Of a stretch of 64,000 bases of DNA, positions 61,990 to 64,000 are shown piece after piece. The notes under the pieces are model-generated. The model had not been told where the DNA came from. It saw nothing but the letters and a program-made list of their open reading frames with translations, and made no database searches. The position numbers and the translations under genes are program-made. How positions within the stretch are numbered: the first letter of the stretch is position 1; each line of letters opens with the position of its first letter. Source of the DNA: Octopus vulgaris (taxonomy: Eukaryota); contig OX597843.1 in the NCBI GenBank assembly GCA_951406725.2, positions 17,174,001-17,238,000 on the forward strand. Reading direction: 5' to 3'.

Positions 61990-62187
61990 CCTCCTTCTTC
62001 CCTTCTTTCCTGAGCGTCCAATAATACTTTATTTGTTCCACATCCTTGCATTGTTGTCTTTTTGTTTTCTTGTTTGGATTAACTTTATACATATGTATAA
62101 ATATATATACACAATTGATTAGATCAAAAGTTGAGGGGCCTGAAAGCCCACCTCAAATCCTTATATCAGATACCAGAGTTAACATAC

Positions 62188-62391
62188 CTGATTCGATAAA
62201 CGTTCTTCTTCGGTCCACAGCACAGCTCCCGCAGAGGGATCCAGACAGAGCCAATCAATTTATCCTTCGGTTTCCTTCGGCTCCTGATAGTCTTGTCTAA
62301 ATTGTCCCCGTCACCGATGTCAATCCTGGGAATGGTACTGGCCCCAACAGAAAACCAGACTTTGATTTCGAGTTTTTCTTCTTTTAAAAAC
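62188..62391 (-). CDS. C2CD3: C2CD3 exon (most 5' exon found in the window; the gene continues beyond)
   Basis: FLKEEKLEIKVWFS...KDKLIGSVWIPLRELC...YRI(S), C2 strands like C2CD3 EERLEIQVW...IGSAYVDL; TTTTGAAAG| acceptor and AG|GTATGT donor; phase 2 to 2. Confidence 0.87.
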
Positions 62392-62869
62392 CTTTCAAAA
62401 TATCAATAAAGAAAAAGAGAGCACGGTGAATAAATTGTTGTCTGAATTAAGCAAAATGAGCAGTAGTGGGGGGGAGCATCATAACCATGTGTTAACCCTT
62501 TCGTTACTGTAATTATTTTGAGATGCTCTGTGTTTCTTTCAATTATTTTAAATATAACAAAAAAATCTAGTAAAATAACTTAGTTATTATCATTAAGCTA
62601 GTGTTAGGAACATAAATTGTGACTAAGGTTTGGTGGAAGATTTTAATTCAAAACTTATGAAAATAAGACATTTGTATTACAGAGCCAGAGCCAGTTTCAA
62701 CTGGGTTTGTATTAAAAGGGTTAAAAATATCATGGTGACTTTAACCCTTTTGTTACCGTATTTCTGTGGAGATGTTCTGTGTTTCTTTCAATCTCATTTT
62801 AACAGATATATTTACCAAAATTACAGAAAAATATCTTGAAATACTAAAGAATAAATTTATTCAATACAA

Positions 62870-63290
62870 TCACCATTGGCTTCAACCATGGCCTCCAGAT
62901 GACTTCAGAATCTCCTGCAACTCTTCTAGATGGTCTCCGTGTTTAAGTTGGTGAATGCTGCCATAATCCTTGCCTTCAGTTCATCTTTGGGGTTACAAGG
63001 AGTCTTGTCGGTCTCTCGCTCAACTGTGTCCCACACATAACAATCAAGGGATTTGCAGTCTAGGGAGTTAGGTGGCCAGATGTTAGGGGTGTTGTGGCCG
63101 CAGAAATTGTCTGAGAGCCATGACTGGGTTCTCCTGCATGTGTGGCACAGCGCGGCGTCCTGCTGCCAGAAATAGGTTCTTCCAGTACCGACCCTCTTGA
63201 CCCAGAGTATCAATACCTCCTCCATGCACTTGATGTAGGCCTTTGTGTTGAGTGTGAGGCTATGTGGGAAAATGAATGGAGACATGTCAG
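62870..63290 (-). pseudogene. Tc1/mariner DD37D (maT-type) transposase C-terminal fragment
   Basis: WQQDAALCHT...WPPNSLDCKSLDCYVW with 37 aa between the catalytic D residues; stops downstream. Confidence 0.82.
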
Positions 63291-63413
63291 CATTTCAATA
63301 CCCAGCATGAACCATCATGCTACAGGTAACTCTTTTCCAGTTTTCAGATGGTTTCCAGTCCTCCATATTAGCCAACATTTTATGCTCCCTATTGCTGTTG
63401 ACTGTTCACCAAT

Positions 63414-64000
63414 ATACCTATTTCTTTACAACCCACAAGGAGCTAAACACAGAGGTGACAAACAAGGACAGACAACCAGATTAAGTCGATTATATCGACC
63501 CCAGTGCATAACTGGTACTTAATTTATTGACCCCGAAAGGATGAAAGGCAAAGTCGACCTCGGCGGAATTTGAACTCAGAACGTAACAGCAGACGAAATA
63601 CCTATTTCTTTACTACCCACAAGGTGCTAAACACAGAGGGGACAAACAAGGACAGACAACCGGATTAAGTCGACTATATCGACCCCAGTGCGTAACTGGT
63701 ACTTAATTTATCGACCCTGAAAGGATGAAAGGCAAAGTCGATCTCGGCGGAATTTGAACTCAGAACGTAACAGCAGACAAAATACCTATTTCTTTACTAC
63801 CCACAAGGGGCTAAACACAGAGGGGACAAACAAGGACAGACAAATGGATTAAGTCGATTATATCGACCCCAGTGCGTAACTGGTACTTAATTTTATCGAC
63901 GCCGAAAGGATGAAAGGCAAAGTCGACCTCGGTGGAATTTGAACTCAGAACGTAACAGCAGACGAAATACCTATTTCTTTACTACCCACAAGGGGCTAAA
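63414..64000 (-). repeat. Second tandem array of head-less SINE B bodies (about 184-bp unit, runs off the window)
   Basis: CCTATTTCTTTAC recurs at about 63417, 63601, 63786 and 63970. Confidence 0.9.

Overview
Repeat-dense, AT-rich animal genomic DNA, most likely a coleoid cephalopod (Octopus-like). That assignment is inferred from the SINE/LINE repertoire and microsatellite load, not proven. Two spliced protein-coding genes on the minus strand were reconstructed by hand with consistent GT-AG sites and reading phases. The first is the last ten exons of a C2CD3 orthologue (62391->36707, centriolar C2-domain protein, including a 2086-nt low-complexity exon). The second is a roughly 984-aa, nine-finger C2H2 zinc-finger gene (29737/29612->10829), whose first finger's last His codon is split by a 7.75-kb intron. 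The rest is a nested transposable-element landscape. It includes a complete DD34D mariner fossil, two CR1-type LINEs, three non-autonomous Helitrons with exact A|T insertion sites, many RTE 3' ends, several tRNA-derived SINE families, PIF/Harbinger- and piggyBac-type MITEs, a DD37D (maT) fragment and Penelope-like remnants. The most notable observations are: several type I hammerhead ribozyme motifs and long foldbacks; a SINE sharing a covarying 3' stem-loop with a CR1 LINE; two independent head-less SINE tandem arrays with the same palindromic junction; a piggyBac MITE dimer recurring as a unit; a 4-kb AG-free YCAY satellite abutting the ZNF acceptor; and inverted RTE repeats bracketing C2CD3 exons. 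Most long ORFs in the supplied track are microsatellite artefacts. I found no convincing wholly new protein-coding system.
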